A stretch of 64,000 bases of DNA from Bacteroidales bacterium (GCA_034002885.1 JAVEZS010000001.1:103654-167653); one strand, 5' to 3'. Shown: positions 9,836 to 19,596, counted from the stretch's first letter. The notes: a model not told the origin generated them from the letters alone. Numbers and translations are program-made.

Positions 9836-11308
9836 ATGAAAAATATATTCAAGTATACAGTCTTATCGGTGTCAATTCTGTTGATGACCGGATGCGTCAA
9901 GGATGAGTGGATGAATCCGGCACCAATAACCTCTCTTTCTGATCTGACAGTATTCGACACTAAGGAAAGGATCGAAAACCAGGTTAATGGTATGTACGCT
10001 TCACTTAAAAGCGGACAGCATCTGGGAGGAAGATTCCAGGTCTACAATGATGTCAGATGCGACAACTTCCTTCCGAACAGCTCCAACCTTGTAACCTGCT
10101 ATGCAACGTGGAACCATACTGTGATCAGTTCCACTAACGAGGTCCAGAATTTATGGGGTGCAATCTATCAGACGGTAAACGTGGTCAACGTTTTCCTTGA
10201 TGGTATGCAGGCTGCATGGGATGAAGGAAAGATAACAAGCTTTGTTACCCAGGATGAGTTTAACAATTATAAAAGTGAAGCTCTGGCAATAAGGGCGATG
10301 TGTTATTTCGACCTTATGCAGATGTATTCCAAACCCTATAATATGGGTAATGGAGCTAACCGTGGAGTACCTCTCAGGCTTGTGGCCAATAAGTCTGCTG
10401 AAGGAAATGATCTGGCGCCAAGTGATGTAGCTGCTATTTATGAGCAGATACTTACCGATCTGGATGATGCTGAAGAGTTGGCTGTTACGGATTTTGGTGA
10501 CGATCACCTTAATGTGACAAGAATCCACAAGAACACTATCATTGCTTTCAAAACAAGGGTCTATCTTCACATGAACAACTGGGCACAGGTGGTTACTGAA
10601 TCGGGCAAAATAGTACCTGGAACAGCTCCGTTCACTGCCACCAGCGGCGTGGCAAATGCCTTGAGTCCTGATTACGCAGCTATATTTGCTTCTCCGCACA
10701 GTACTAAGGAATCTATCCTGTCGATGCCCCACACGGGATCGAATAACGCCGGAACCCAGAACCACCTCGCTCATTATTTCGGTTCCGGATCAGGCGAATC
10801 ATACTTTCTGGTAACTGCCCCTGGCTCGGCCTATGCAGAAATGGATGATACCGATGAAAGGAAGCTTATGATGGAAACCGTTGACGAACAGGTTTACCTT
10901 ACCAAGTACGTTGATCAGGGAACCCGTACAGATTATGCACCTGTAATCAGGTGGGCTGAGGTTCTTCTGAACAGGGCCGAAGCCCTTGTCAGGTCAGGTA
11001 GTGCTGTTACACAGGAAGCTGTTGATCTTCTTAATGCAGTGAGAACACGTTCATTTGCAACCGGAGCCTATACTGTTGCAGACTTTGCTGACGCTGCAGC
11101 CTTTTACGATGCAATTCTGATGGAGAGAAACATGGAATTTCTTGGAGAAGGCATCCGGAATATGGATCTTATGCGGCTTGGCCTTACAATACCAGGGAAA
11201 GATGGTTTTGGTTTTGGAATAGTCGCTCCTGTCCCCACAACTTCGGAATCCTATTTCTGGCCTGTTCCTGACAGCGAATTAAGTTATAACAAGCTAATGA
11301 CGCCATAA
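9836..11308 (+). CDS. SusD/RagB-family outer-membrane lipoprotein
   Basis: Lipobox LLMTGC. Motifs LLNRAEALV and ERNMEFLGEGIRNMDLMR. It starts 21 bp after the SusC-like gene. Confidence 0.95.
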   Translation: MKNIFKYTVLSVSILLMTGCVKDEWMNPAPITSLSDLTVFDTKERIENQVNGMYASLKSGQHLGGRFQVYNDVRCDNFLPNSSNLVTCYATWNHTVISSTNEVQNLWGAIYQTVNVVNVFLDGMQAAWDEGKITSFVTQDEFNNYKSEALAIRAMCYFDLMQMYSKPYNMGNGANRGVPLRLVANKSAEGNDLAPSDVAAIYEQILTDLDDAEELAVTDFGDDHLNVTRIHKNTIIAFKTRVYLHMNNWAQVVTESGKIVPGTAPFTATSGVANALSPDYAAIFASPHSTKESILSMPHTGSNNAGTQNHLAHYFGSGSGESYFLVTAPGSAYAEMDDTDERKLMMETVDEQVYLTKYVDQGTRTDYAPVIRWAEVLLNRAEALVRSGSAVTQEAVDLLNAVRTRSFATGAYTVADFADAAAFYDAILMERNMEFLGEGIRNMDLMRLGLTIPGKDGFGFGIVAPVPTTSESYFWPVPDSELSYNKLMTP

Positions 11309-11330
11309 AGCAACCATGGGTTTTAATTAC

Positions 11331-11368
11331 AAAGGCTGCCCGCTTAAAAGGGGCAGCCTTTGTTTATT
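11331..11368. terminator. Hairpin terminator shared by the convergent SusD-like and NlpC/P60 genes
   Basis: Perfect 11-bp stem aaaggctgccc (11331-11341) / gggcagccttt (11351-11361) with a 9-nt loop, then gtttattt. Confidence 0.75.
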
Positions 11369-11414
11369 TCCTAAAACTTCAGTATTGATCGGGATCCCTT
11401 CTTTCAGTCCACCC

Positions 11415-12182
11415 CTATAATCCGGTTACCCTCCGTATTGTCCTTAATTTGTGGGAATAGCCCCTGATCTCGTTTTTATAAATACCCTGGTGGTCAATCA
11501 TGTCTATCCTTACCCTGCCCGATGCATGAATTACCAGCCCCCTGGCAAGGATAAGTCCGACATGTTCTATCCTTCCTCTCTCGTCGTCAAAGAACACAAG
11601 GTCGCCAGGCAGTGTCTCTTCGAGAAAGGTCACAGCTCTTCCCGTTTCAGCCTGCTGACGGCTGTCGCGGGGAAGGCTGACTCCCCTTATCTTATATACC
11701 AGCTGAACAAAACCCGAACAATCTATTCCTGATGGAATCCTACCTCCCCAGATATATGGGCTGTTAATGAATCTGATGGCGGTATCACTTATCGATTCCC
11801 TGAGATCAGTAAAAGCAGAACTGAAGTCAGGTTCAGTGGTGAATTTGTCTTCCCCTGCGTAAAAGATGCCCTCTTTGATATCAGGATCATAGACTTCACA
11901 ACCTGCTTCCAGAATTAGTTTTGCGTTATCTTTCCTGTAGCAAAGCAGTGCCCTGTTCAGCACCTGTCCTTTATTATCGGTGGCAGAAACGGTATGCTGA
12001 AGATGATTTATATCTATCCACCCCTGATATTTGTCGAAAAGTGTCTCAATCCTGTACCAGTGGCCGGACATATCAGTTATCCGGTATTTCTCCCCAAAAA
12101 GTACCTGGCTGGTCATCTCGGCTTTGTGAGAAGGACCGGAACGGAGAGGGACAAATACATTCTCGCATACAAAAGTTTCCAT
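11415..12182 (-). CDS. NlpC/P60 (C40) cell-wall peptidase with an N-terminal SH3-like domain
   Basis: Catalytic Cys motif GIDCSGFVQLVY and downstream His (IEHVGLIL). 255 aa. Confidence 0.85.
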   Translation of the reverse strand: METFVCENVFVPLRSGPSHKAEMTSQVLFGEKYRITDMSGHWYRIETLFDKYQGWIDINHLQHTVSATDNKGQVLNRALLCYRKDNAKLILEAGCEVYDPDIKEGIFYAGEDKFTTEPDFSSAFTDLRESISDTAIRFINSPYIWGGRIPSGIDCSGFVQLVYKIRGVSLPRDSRQQAETGRAVTFLEETLPGDLVFFDDERGRIEHVGLILARGLVIHASGRVRIDMIDHQGIYKNEIRGYSHKLRTIRRVTGL

Positions 12183-12198
12183 CTGGATAAAATTTGTC

Positions 12199-12206
12199 CA
12201 AAATTA
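12199..12206 (-). promoter_or_regulatory. -7 promoter box (TAnnTTTG) for the NlpC/P60 gene
   Basis: The minus strand reads taattttg, 17 nt upstream of the start at 12182. Confidence 0.4.
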
Positions 12207-12218
12207 CTAAATAATCCC

Positions 12219-12226
12219 TATTTTTG
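12219..12226 (+). promoter_or_regulatory. -7 promoter box (TAnnTTTG) for the HD-domain gene
   Basis: tatttttg lies 36 bp upstream of the ATG at 12262. It sits back-to-back with the divergent box at 12199-12206. Confidence 0.4.
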
Positions 12227-12255
12227 CTTTTGATTATCAGGTATATCAAATATTT

Positions 12256-14385
12256 GTGGTAATGGCCGGATCCAGAAAACCCCCTGAAGTTAAAACCAAT
12301 AAGAAATACCTCTATCATCTTGCACTCTTTTTTGCCAGCATTCTTATTGTGGTGGCAATATCTCCGAGGGAGGGCAAGTTCAGGTATGAATTCCAGAAGG
12401 GAAAACCATGGCTTAGTGCATCATTGATAGCCCCATGGGACTTTCCCGTGCTTAAGCCGGCAGGTGTGATTGCTGCCGAACGCGACAGCATCCTGAAGTA
12501 CTTTACTCCCTATTACAAAATGGATCAGGAAGTAGAAAAGAGGGAGATCAGTGATTTTGATAATTACCTTAACCTGCTTCTGACCAGATACGAATCGGAC
12601 CACAGGCCCCTTGACCCGATGGCGTATGCCGCTGTCAAAAGAGAGCTCAATTCTGTTCTTTCTGAAATATATCAGAGGGGGGTGCTGGAGAGCTATGAGC
12701 ATCTGTCTTCCGAAAGGATGCCTGAGGATATTACTGTTGTAAGAGGAAAAATTGCAGAAAAGAGACCCTTACGTTCAGTTTTTATAGAAAAGTCAGCATA
12801 TCAGTATGCTGAAGAAAAAAAAGCTGATCTCCGGAAACGCTATTCTTCAGTTGCGGCGAGATCTCTCAGCGACTTCGTTTCGCTGGTCGCACTATATGAG
12901 TATATCGAACCCAACCTGTCGTACGATGCTGCAACTTCTGCTGCGGTAAGGGACAGGCTCGTTGAGGAGATAAGTCTTAACCGGGGCCTTGTGCAGGAAG
13001 GGGAGCTTATCATTTCGCAGGGAGAGATTATTGATGACAATAAATATATAATCCTTGAGTCGTTCCGCAGCGAGTATGAGAAAAGGCTGGGTCACAATGA
13101 CATGTGGTTTCTCCTTCTGGGAAGGCTGATACTTGTTTCTGCATGCTATCTGGCACTGTACCTCTTCATGTTAAATTTCCGATTTGACGTGCTGAGCTCA
13201 ACACATAAGACTTTCTTTATAATTCTTATCATTCTGCTCTTTATTATAATAACAAGGCTTGTGGTTCCTATTCCAGGGAATATAGTTTATCTGATACCTT
13301 TTGCACTCATACCGATTGTGATCAGGACCTTTTATGATTCAAGGCTTGCCCTGTTTGTTTACACTATTGCAATAATGCTTGCCGGGTTTATCGTACCCAA
13401 CTCCTTTGAGTTTGTATTCATGAGCTATATAGCTGGGGTGATAGCAATTTTTTCACTTACCAATGTCTACAGGCGGGCGAAGTTGTTTTTTGCTGTTCTT
13501 ATGGTCTTCCTTGCATATTCCATAGTTTATTTCGGAATAGGCCTGATGCAGGAGGCAAGCATGACGGAAATGAACTGGAGAAACTACATCTGGTTTGCCG
13601 GAAACGGTGTTTTTCTGCTTTTGAGTTATCCCCTGATTTTCGTTTTTGAGAAAACTTTCAGATTCCTTTCTGATGCCACATTGTTCGAATTGTCTGACAC
13701 AAATCAGCCTTTGCTGAGAAAACTGGCAGATGAAGCCCCGGGGTCGTTTCAACATTCCCTGCAGGTTGCCAACCTGGCTGAGGAGGCTGCCAGGGAAATA
13801 GGTGCCAATACTCTTCTTGCAAGGACGGGTGCTTTATACCATGACATAGGAAAGACATTTAATCCTGAATATTTCATTGAGAACCAGGCAGAAGGTTTCA
13901 GTCCTCACGACAGCCTCGAACCTGTGGCGAGCTCTGATATAATTATCGGACATGTAAGAAAGGGAGTTGATCTTGCGCGGAAATTCAATCTGCCGTCCCC
14001 GATCATTGATTTTATCCAGACCCATCATGGAACAGGCCTTGCTTATTTCTTCTACAAAAAATACCTCGACCGCAATCCGAAGAGGACCGATATGGAAGAA
14101 AATTTCAAATATGCCGGGCCCAGGCCGTTTTCGAAAGAAACCGCCATTGTCATGATGGCAGATGCCGTGGAGGCATCATCAAGAAGTTTAGCAACCTATT
14201 CTGATGAAAACATCAGTGAGCTGGTTGAAAGGATAATTTACATACAGGAGCACGACGGACAATTTTCTGAAACACCACTGACATTCAAGGATATTTCGGA
14301 TATAAAGAATGTTTTCATAAAACGCCTGTCCAACATCTATCACGCAAGGATAGCTTACCCGAAAAGGGATTCCGTGAGGGGTTAA
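12256..14385 (+). CDS. pgpH: 7TM-receptor HD-domain phosphohydrolase (PgpH/YqfF-like, putative cyclic-di-AMP phosphodiesterase)
   Basis: Extracellular N-domain, about 7 TM helices in the middle, and a C-terminal HD domain with LYHDIGK and THHG. The likely real start is the ATG at 12262, since the ORF track begins at a GTG. Confidence 0.8.
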   Translation: MVMAGSRKPPEVKTNKKYLYHLALFFASILIVVAISPREGKFRYEFQKGKPWLSASLIAPWDFPVLKPAGVIAAERDSILKYFTPYYKMDQEVEKREISDFDNYLNLLLTRYESDHRPLDPMAYAAVKRELNSVLSEIYQRGVLESYEHLSSERMPEDITVVRGKIAEKRPLRSVFIEKSAYQYAEEKKADLRKRYSSVAARSLSDFVSLVALYEYIEPNLSYDAATSAAVRDRLVEEISLNRGLVQEGELIISQGEIIDDNKYIILESFRSEYEKRLGHNDMWFLLLGRLILVSACYLALYLFMLNFRFDVLSSTHKTFFIILIILLFIIITRLVVPIPGNIVYLIPFALIPIVIRTFYDSRLALFVYTIAIMLAGFIVPNSFEFVFMSYIAGVIAIFSLTNVYRRAKLFFAVLMVFLAYSIVYFGIGLMQEASMTEMNWRNYIWFAGNGVFLLLSYPLIFVFEKTFRFLSDATLFELSDTNQPLLRKLADEAPGSFQHSLQVANLAEEAAREIGANTLLARTGALYHDIGKTFNPEYFIENQAEGFSPHDSLEPVASSDIIIGHVRKGVDLARKFNLPSPIIDFIQTHHGTGLAYFFYKKYLDRNPKRTDMEENFKYAGPRPFSKETAIVMMADAVEASSRSLATYSDENISELVERIIYIQEHDGQFSETPLTFKDISDIKNVFIKRLSNIYHARIAYPKRDSVRG

Positions 14386-15035
14386 CGCATATCGATTACT
14401 TCAACCCCTTTGTACCTGTTTGCAGGATAAGCGAACTCAGAGGCCTCAGGAACCTTTTTCAGGCTGTATTCCCTGACTCTAAGCATAAGGGTTATTCCAT
14501 TCTTGTATTTATATTCCACACTCCGGAGATCAAGCTCAGGTTTTCCGATAACCAGTCTGATTCTGATATGATCACTTTCAATATTCTCAGGATAAAGGTC
14601 GATCAGGTATGAAGAGTTCCTTTCCTCAAGGAGCCTTACCTTGTAATCTTTCTTGTAAATTGAGAAAACCGCTGAGGGTTTTGAATAAAATGTATCATCC
14701 TTCTTCTCAGGAGCTGAAATCGTGACCTCCTTTTCGGCAATGAGGTAGTTCCATGATGTTTCGCCGTTGTACCACATGATATTGTCCGGGAGTTCTATCA
14801 TGTATTTGTCTTTGCTGAGAATCGCTGACCCGGATACCTTGCTGTTTGTCCCTTCAACCTGATCCGTTGTCTCAAGATCAAAGGTCATCGATACTGAAGG
14901 TGCAGAAAGGGCTTTCTGCGAAAACCTGTCAAGGATATTTACTGCGTCATCATCCTTTTGAGCGGAGGCTAATGCCGGAAGGAACATCAACAGGGCAAAT
15001 ACATTTAAAACTCTCATCATTTCAGTTTTAATCAA
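14382..15035 (-). CDS. lolA: LolA-like outer-membrane lipoprotein carrier protein
   Basis: Signal peptide ...FLPALASAQ, about 210 aa, immediately downstream of ftsK as in many Bacteroidota. The start may be an internal Met (15017/15020). Confidence 0.7.
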   Translation of the reverse strand: MIKTEMMRVLNVFALLMFLPALASAQKDDDAVNILDRFSQKALSAPSVSMTFDLETTDQVEGTNSKVSGSAILSKDKYMIELPDNIMWYNGETSWNYLIAEKEVTISAPEKKDDTFYSKPSAVFSIYKKDYKVRLLEERNSSYLIDLYPENIESDHIRIRLVIGKPELDLRSVEYKYKNGITLMLRVREYSLKKVPEASEFAYPANRYKGVEVIDMR

Positions 15036-17514
15036 TGCTCTTCAAAATCTGTTCCAAATGTGTGTAATCGGAAATCAGAACCTCCCTGGCCTTGCTTCCC
15101 TCAAATGGTCCGACTATACCGGCAGCCTCCAGCTGATCGATTATCCTTCCCGCCCTGTTATATCCTATTGACAATTTTCTCTGGATAAGAGAGGTAGAAC
15201 CCTGCTGGTGCTGGATCACAAGCCTTGCAGCATCCTCGAACATCGGATCCCTTTTCCTGAGGTCAACATCCTGGCTTCCTGTTTCGCTGTCGTCGATATA
15301 TTCAGGCAGATGCATGGCGTCGGGATATCCCTGCTGGGACCCAATAAATTCCGTAAGCTCCTCGATCTCGTTGGTATCGATAAAAGCGCACTGCACCCTT
15401 ACGGGTTCTGCTCCTGATGAAACGAGCATATCACCCCGCCCTACAAGTCTGTCAGCTCCTGTGGCATCGATAATGGTCCTGGAATCAATGGAGGAAAAGA
15501 CCCTGAAGGCAATCCTTGTCGGGAAATTTGCCTTGATGAAACCCGTAATGATATTTGTGGATGGTCTTTGTGTCGAGATTATCAAATGGATGCCGATAGC
15601 TCTTCCAAGCTGCGCAAGCCTTCCTATCGGAGGTTCTATTTCTCTTCCGGCGGTCATGATAAGATCAGCGAACTCATCAATTATCAGCACAATATATGGA
15701 AGATACCTGTGACCTTTTTCGGGATTAAGCCTCCGCGAGATAAATTTCTCGTTGTACTCCTTAATGTTCCTTGCCTGTGCCTCTTTAAGCAGCTCAAGCC
15801 TGTTGTCCATTTCTATGCAAAGTGAGTTAAGCGTATTTATTACCTTCTGCGTATCCGTGATTATGGCATCCTCTTCGCCGGGAAGCTTGGCAAGGAAATG
15901 GCGCTCGATCTTGGTATAGAGAGGGAGCTCAACCCTCTTGGGGTCGATCAGGACAAATTTAACTTCGGAGGGATGTTTTTTATAAAGAAGTGAAGTAATG
16001 ACAGCATTTATGCCTACTGATTTGCCCTGACCGGTTGCACCGGCAACGAGGAGGTGAGGCATTTTTGTGAGATCGACAATAAAGGGATCATTTGTAATTG
16101 TACGACCCAGGGCAAGGGCGAGATCAAATCTTGTTTCCTGAAAAGCCTTGGAGGTGATCAGGGATTTCATTGATACTATCTCAGGGTTTTTGTTCGGAAC
16201 CTCGATTCCTACAGTTCCTCTTCCCGGGATGGGAGCGATAATCCTGATTCCCAATGCTGAGAGATTCAGGGCAATGTCGTTTTCAAGCGATTTTATTCTT
16301 GCCAGCCTGACACCCCTTTCGGGAACAATTTCATATAATGTAACAGTGGGTCCGACAGTTGCTGATATCTGTCTTATGTTTATCTTATGATCACCCAGGG
16401 TCTTGATTATGTTTTCTTTATTCTCCAGTACTTCCCTGTCGTCAAAATCCTTTCCCGACTTATGATCGGTAAGAATGGAGACAGGAGGAAACCTGTATCT
16501 TGACAAATCGAGACGAGGGTCGTAATTCTCCATCATCCTCTCAACCTCATGATCAGGCAAAATATCTGTAGCCTCGGGTTTGGAAATATTTATCGGGACA
16601 TCACTGCCGGAAGCAGGAGTGGCATTATCCTTCCCTATCACATGGATTATTGATCCCCGACCCGCAGCGCCTTCATAACTTTCCTCATCGCCGGAAGGAT
16701 GTTTTATAATGAAACCGGTATCTTCATCTTCTTCTTCTGTTTCATTTTCTTCTACTGAATCATCATGATCATTACCGGCATGATCTTCATCAGCAGTTGT
16801 TTCAGATGATCTTTTTTGCTGCGATTTGCCCGACATTGAAATTACAGAAGGAATTACGTTAATTAGTGAAGAGGGAATTGTCTTTGTAAATGTTTCGGGC
16901 TTGAATTTCAGGGCAAAAATAAGGTATCCGGCAGTAAGCAGAAGTAAAAGTACCCCGGTCCCGATTTTCCCGGCAAAGGAATTGAACCATTCCGTAATCT
17001 TAAATCCCTGAGCACCTCCAGGTCCGCTACCAAGGTATCCGCCTGATTCTCCGAAGATAAATCCCAGAACAAGAGAACTAAGAATTGCTGCGAATGCGAA
17101 CTGGGTAACAAGTTTCCACAGGTTGACTTTGGGAAGGCTGAGCAGGTAGAGACCAATGGCGCCTATTATTAGGGGAATAAAAAAAGCACCATATCCGAAT
17201 CCATAGCTGATGATCATTTTTGCAAGAAAATGTCCGCTTTTGCCCGACCAGTTCTTTACATTGATATCTGCGTTTGATACCACCTGTGAATCGAGGAGAC
17301 TCAGGTCCGTTTTCCACCAGAACAGGTAGGATATACATGCAAGTAGCAGATAAAGGGCAAAGCCGAATAACAGGAATCCTGTAATAAACTTAATTCTTTC
17401 ATCCGTGAAGAAAGATCCGGATCCTTTTGTTTTTGTTTTCTTCTTACCGTTATTTTCTTTCTCTTTGCTCATTATCAATACAATTAAGCCTTCAAACCCA
17501 TTCGGGAAAAGCAA
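15028..17514 (-). CDS. ftsK: DNA translocase FtsK/SpoIIIE
   Basis: N-terminal TM helices, an acidic linker, Walker A GATGQGKS, Walker B IVLIIDEFADL and the gamma winged helix STSLIQRKLSIGYNRAGRIIDQLE. The probable start is the ATG at 17472 (MSKEKENNG...). Confidence 0.95.
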   Translation of the reverse strand: MLFPNGFEGLIVLIMSKEKENNGKKKTKTKGSGSFFTDERIKFITGFLLFGFALYLLLACISYLFWWKTDLSLLDSQVVSNADINVKNWSGKSGHFLAKMIISYGFGYGAFFIPLIIGAIGLYLLSLPKVNLWKLVTQFAFAAILSSLVLGFIFGESGGYLGSGPGGAQGFKITEWFNSFAGKIGTGVLLLLLTAGYLIFALKFKPETFTKTIPSSLINVIPSVISMSGKSQQKRSSETTADEDHAGNDHDDSVEENETEEEDEDTGFIIKHPSGDEESYEGAAGRGSIIHVIGKDNATPASGSDVPINISKPEATDILPDHEVERMMENYDPRLDLSRYRFPPVSILTDHKSGKDFDDREVLENKENIIKTLGDHKINIRQISATVGPTVTLYEIVPERGVRLARIKSLENDIALNLSALGIRIIAPIPGRGTVGIEVPNKNPEIVSMKSLITSKAFQETRFDLALALGRTITNDPFIVDLTKMPHLLVAGATGQGKSVGINAVITSLLYKKHPSEVKFVLIDPKRVELPLYTKIERHFLAKLPGEEDAIITDTQKVINTLNSLCIEMDNRLELLKEAQARNIKEYNEKFISRRLNPEKGHRYLPYIVLIIDEFADLIMTAGREIEPPIGRLAQLGRAIGIHLIISTQRPSTNIITGFIKANFPTRIAFRVFSSIDSRTIIDATGADRLVGRGDMLVSSGAEPVRVQCAFIDTNEIEELTEFIGSQQGYPDAMHLPEYIDDSETGSQDVDLRKRDPMFEDAARLVIQHQQGSTSLIQRKLSIGYNRAGRIIDQLEAAGIVGPFEGSKAREVLISDYTHLEQILKSID

Positions 17515-17516
17515 TC

Positions 17517-17524
17517 CAAAGGTA
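17517..17524 (-). promoter_or_regulatory. -7 promoter box (TAnnTTTG) for ftsK
   Basis: The minus strand reads tacctttg just upstream of the longest ftsK ORF. This favours the ATG at 17472 as the start. Confidence 0.45.
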
Positions 17525-17617
17525 ATAATTTTACGAAAGACGCTGACAGAATGATTTTGAAAGTTATCAGGCAGAATGCCTGCGTATGGTTTCAGGATAA
17601 CATGAATCTCTGGTTTC

Positions 17618-18310
17618 TCAGAGGCTGATCATCTTATTTATGAACTTGTTTATGTCCTTTCTGGAAACCTCTTTGTACTTTTCCTTCCTTTCAAAGGTTT
17701 TGTCGGGAATCTCTTTCTTGTAGACATTCTGTGCTTCAAAGCGGAATTCCGACCTGCCGATGAAGAAGAAAAAGCTCATAAGAACTCCGTCTATCTCAAA
17801 GAAAGGAGTGGATGCATTCGGATTCTTGATAGGTATTTCCTCGGTATACCAGACTTCATATACTTTTAAACGGTCAGAGGGGAAGGTCACTTCAGCGCTT
17901 TTACAGTTCAACCCGCAGATTACCGCTGATTTTGATGTTTTTTTTATCTCGATCCCATGCATTGCTTCGAAACCAGGATAAATCTCTCCTGGTTTTGAGG
18001 GGTAATAATATCTTATAGTGAACAGGCTAAGGTATGTGTCAAAGATCTCCTTTGACGGATTTGAAAGGTTTGTGATCCCGGAATTGCCGACGGGGGAGAT
18101 AAGCTCATACACAATATTGTTATCCTTGAACGATACAATAAGGTTTTTTGGCATCAGTTCCTTTGGCATCTTTGTGACCTGCCCCTCGTATTGCACGCTG
18201 TAATGTATCTCTCCCTGCTCCAGATGCTTACCCCCGGTCCTGCCGCATGAAAAACTAAGCAGGGCTGAGGCTGTAATCAAAAAAAGGAGTGCTTTCCCTT
18301 GTCTCACCAA
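17618..18310 (-). CDS. Hypothetical lipoprotein
   Basis: Lipobox ALLSFSCG after a hydrophobic leader. The only start compatible with the signal peptide is the TTG at 18310. I recognise no family. Confidence 0.55.
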   Translation of the reverse strand: MVRQGKALLFLITASALLSFSCGRTGGKHLEQGEIHYSVQYEGQVTKMPKELMPKNLIVSFKDNNIVYELISPVGNSGITNLSNPSKEIFDTYLSLFTIRYYYPSKPGEIYPGFEAMHGIEIKKTSKSAVICGLNCKSAEVTFPSDRLKVYEVWYTEEIPIKNPNASTPFFEIDGVLMSFFFFIGRSEFRFEAQNVYKKEIPDKTFERKEKYKEVSRKDINKFINKMISL

Positions 18311-18411
18311 CTAGTGTTTTATTGAAGAATGTAAATGTATATAAATTTTTTTTACTTGATTAAAGCTCTCTGCTATTTATAACTAACTGAATTCATAAAT
18401 GCTTCTTAGTA

Positions 18412-18419
18412 TAATTTTG
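18412..18419 (+). promoter_or_regulatory. Candidate -7 promoter box (TAnnTTTG) for arcC
   Basis: taattttg lies 130 bp upstream of the arcC ATG, which would imply a long leader. Confidence 0.3.
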
Positions 18420-18549
18420 CAGGTGAACCGTGTGTTATTCTTCCGGATGCGGTTTTGCTTATTTTGTTAGCTTTGTGCCTTATTCAATTATTAAAGCAGT
18501 AAAATAACGGAATTTCTCTGCAAACATTACATAAATACCAAGGTTTGTT

Positions 18550-19509
18550 ATGAAAAAGAAACTTGCAGTTGTAGCCCTGGGCGGCAATGCTTTGCTTCGA
18601 GGTGATCAGATTGGAACGATCGACGAACAGGAAGAAAATACTACTCTTACCCTGGAAAATCTTGTTTTTCTTATCAACGAGGGATATGAACTTGTTATCA
18701 CACACGGAAACGGCCCGCAGGTAGGTAACATTCTGATGCGGAACGACGCGGGAGAACAGCTTTACAATATTGCACAGATGCCGGTCGATATATGCGTTGC
18801 TGATTCCCAGGGAGGTATCGGATACATGATTGAGCGCATGTTACGAAATGTTCTTAACAGGCACGGAATTAGGAAGAACGTAATATGCATTGTCACCCAG
18901 GTTGTTGTTGACAAGAACGACCCGGCTTTCGACGATCCTCAGAAACGTATAGGCAAGATTTATACCAGGGATGAGGCAGATAAACTTGCTGAAAGCAAAG
19001 GCTGGATCTTCAGGGAGGAAGTCAAGGTTGACGGGGGTTACAGAAGGGTTGTTCCCTCTCCTGTACCGAAGGATGTAATGAACCACACTATAATTCGCGA
19101 ACTTGCTGAATCCGGAAACATAGTCATCGCTGCCGGGGGAGGAGGAGTCCCTGTTTATATTGATGAGAAGAACGATGTTCGTCCTGCTGAGGTCGTAATT
19201 GACAAGGACATGGCTTCCTCACTTCTGGGTACACTTATCGGGGCTGACGAATTCTATATTCTGACAGATGTACCTTATATATATTTAAATTATAAAAAAC
19301 CCGGTCAGGAAATAAAGGAATTTCTGAATTATGAAGATACATTAAGGTACCTGAATGAGGGTCATTTTGCTAAGGGATCGATGGCGCCAAAGATACAGGC
19401 GTGTCTTAATTTCATAAAGAATGGTGGAAGAATGAGCGTCATTACAGAGGCATTTAAACTTGCAGATAAGAAATACGGTTCCAAAATAACCATGGAATAT
19501 GACGACTGA
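18550..19509 (+). CDS. arcC: Carbamate kinase
   Basis: KLAVVALGGNALL, HGNGPQVG and a 319-aa length are typical of the amino-acid-kinase-fold carbamate kinase. Confidence 0.9.
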   Translation: MKKKLAVVALGGNALLRGDQIGTIDEQEENTTLTLENLVFLINEGYELVITHGNGPQVGNILMRNDAGEQLYNIAQMPVDICVADSQGGIGYMIERMLRNVLNRHGIRKNVICIVTQVVVDKNDPAFDDPQKRIGKIYTRDEADKLAESKGWIFREEVKVDGGYRRVVPSPVPKDVMNHTIIRELAESGNIVIAAGGGGVPVYIDEKNDVRPAEVVIDKDMASSLLGTLIGADEFYILTDVPYIYLNYKKPGQEIKEFLNYEDTLRYLNEGHFAKGSMAPKIQACLNFIKNGGRMSVITEAFKLADKKYGSKITMEYDD

Positions 19510-19596
19510 CGGTAATCCGGAATTTGTTCATGGTGCAGTTTACAACCCCGATCAATCCAAAAAATTATTACTTTTGGCTTTATAATATATCCTGAT

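Noticed and set aside
10151-10774. A 207-aa antisense ORF inside the SusD-like gene
   Set aside because: It is a shadow ORF. The sense strand carries clear SusD-family motifs across the same region.
12073-12318. An 81-aa minus-strand ORF spanning the NlpC/P60-pgpH divergent intergenic region, and a 79-aa plus-strand ORF at 11994-12233
   Set aside because: Both overlap the two promoter boxes and the ends of real genes, and both translate to low-complexity sequence.
18311-18549. A possible riboswitch or leader in the 239-bp region upstream of arcC, with similar checks upstream of purC (30142-30242) and susC (6388-6697)
   Set aside because: I could not fold or recognise any conserved riboswitch core (purine, THF, SAM, etc.) by eye. 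A covariance-model scan would be needed for a positive call.
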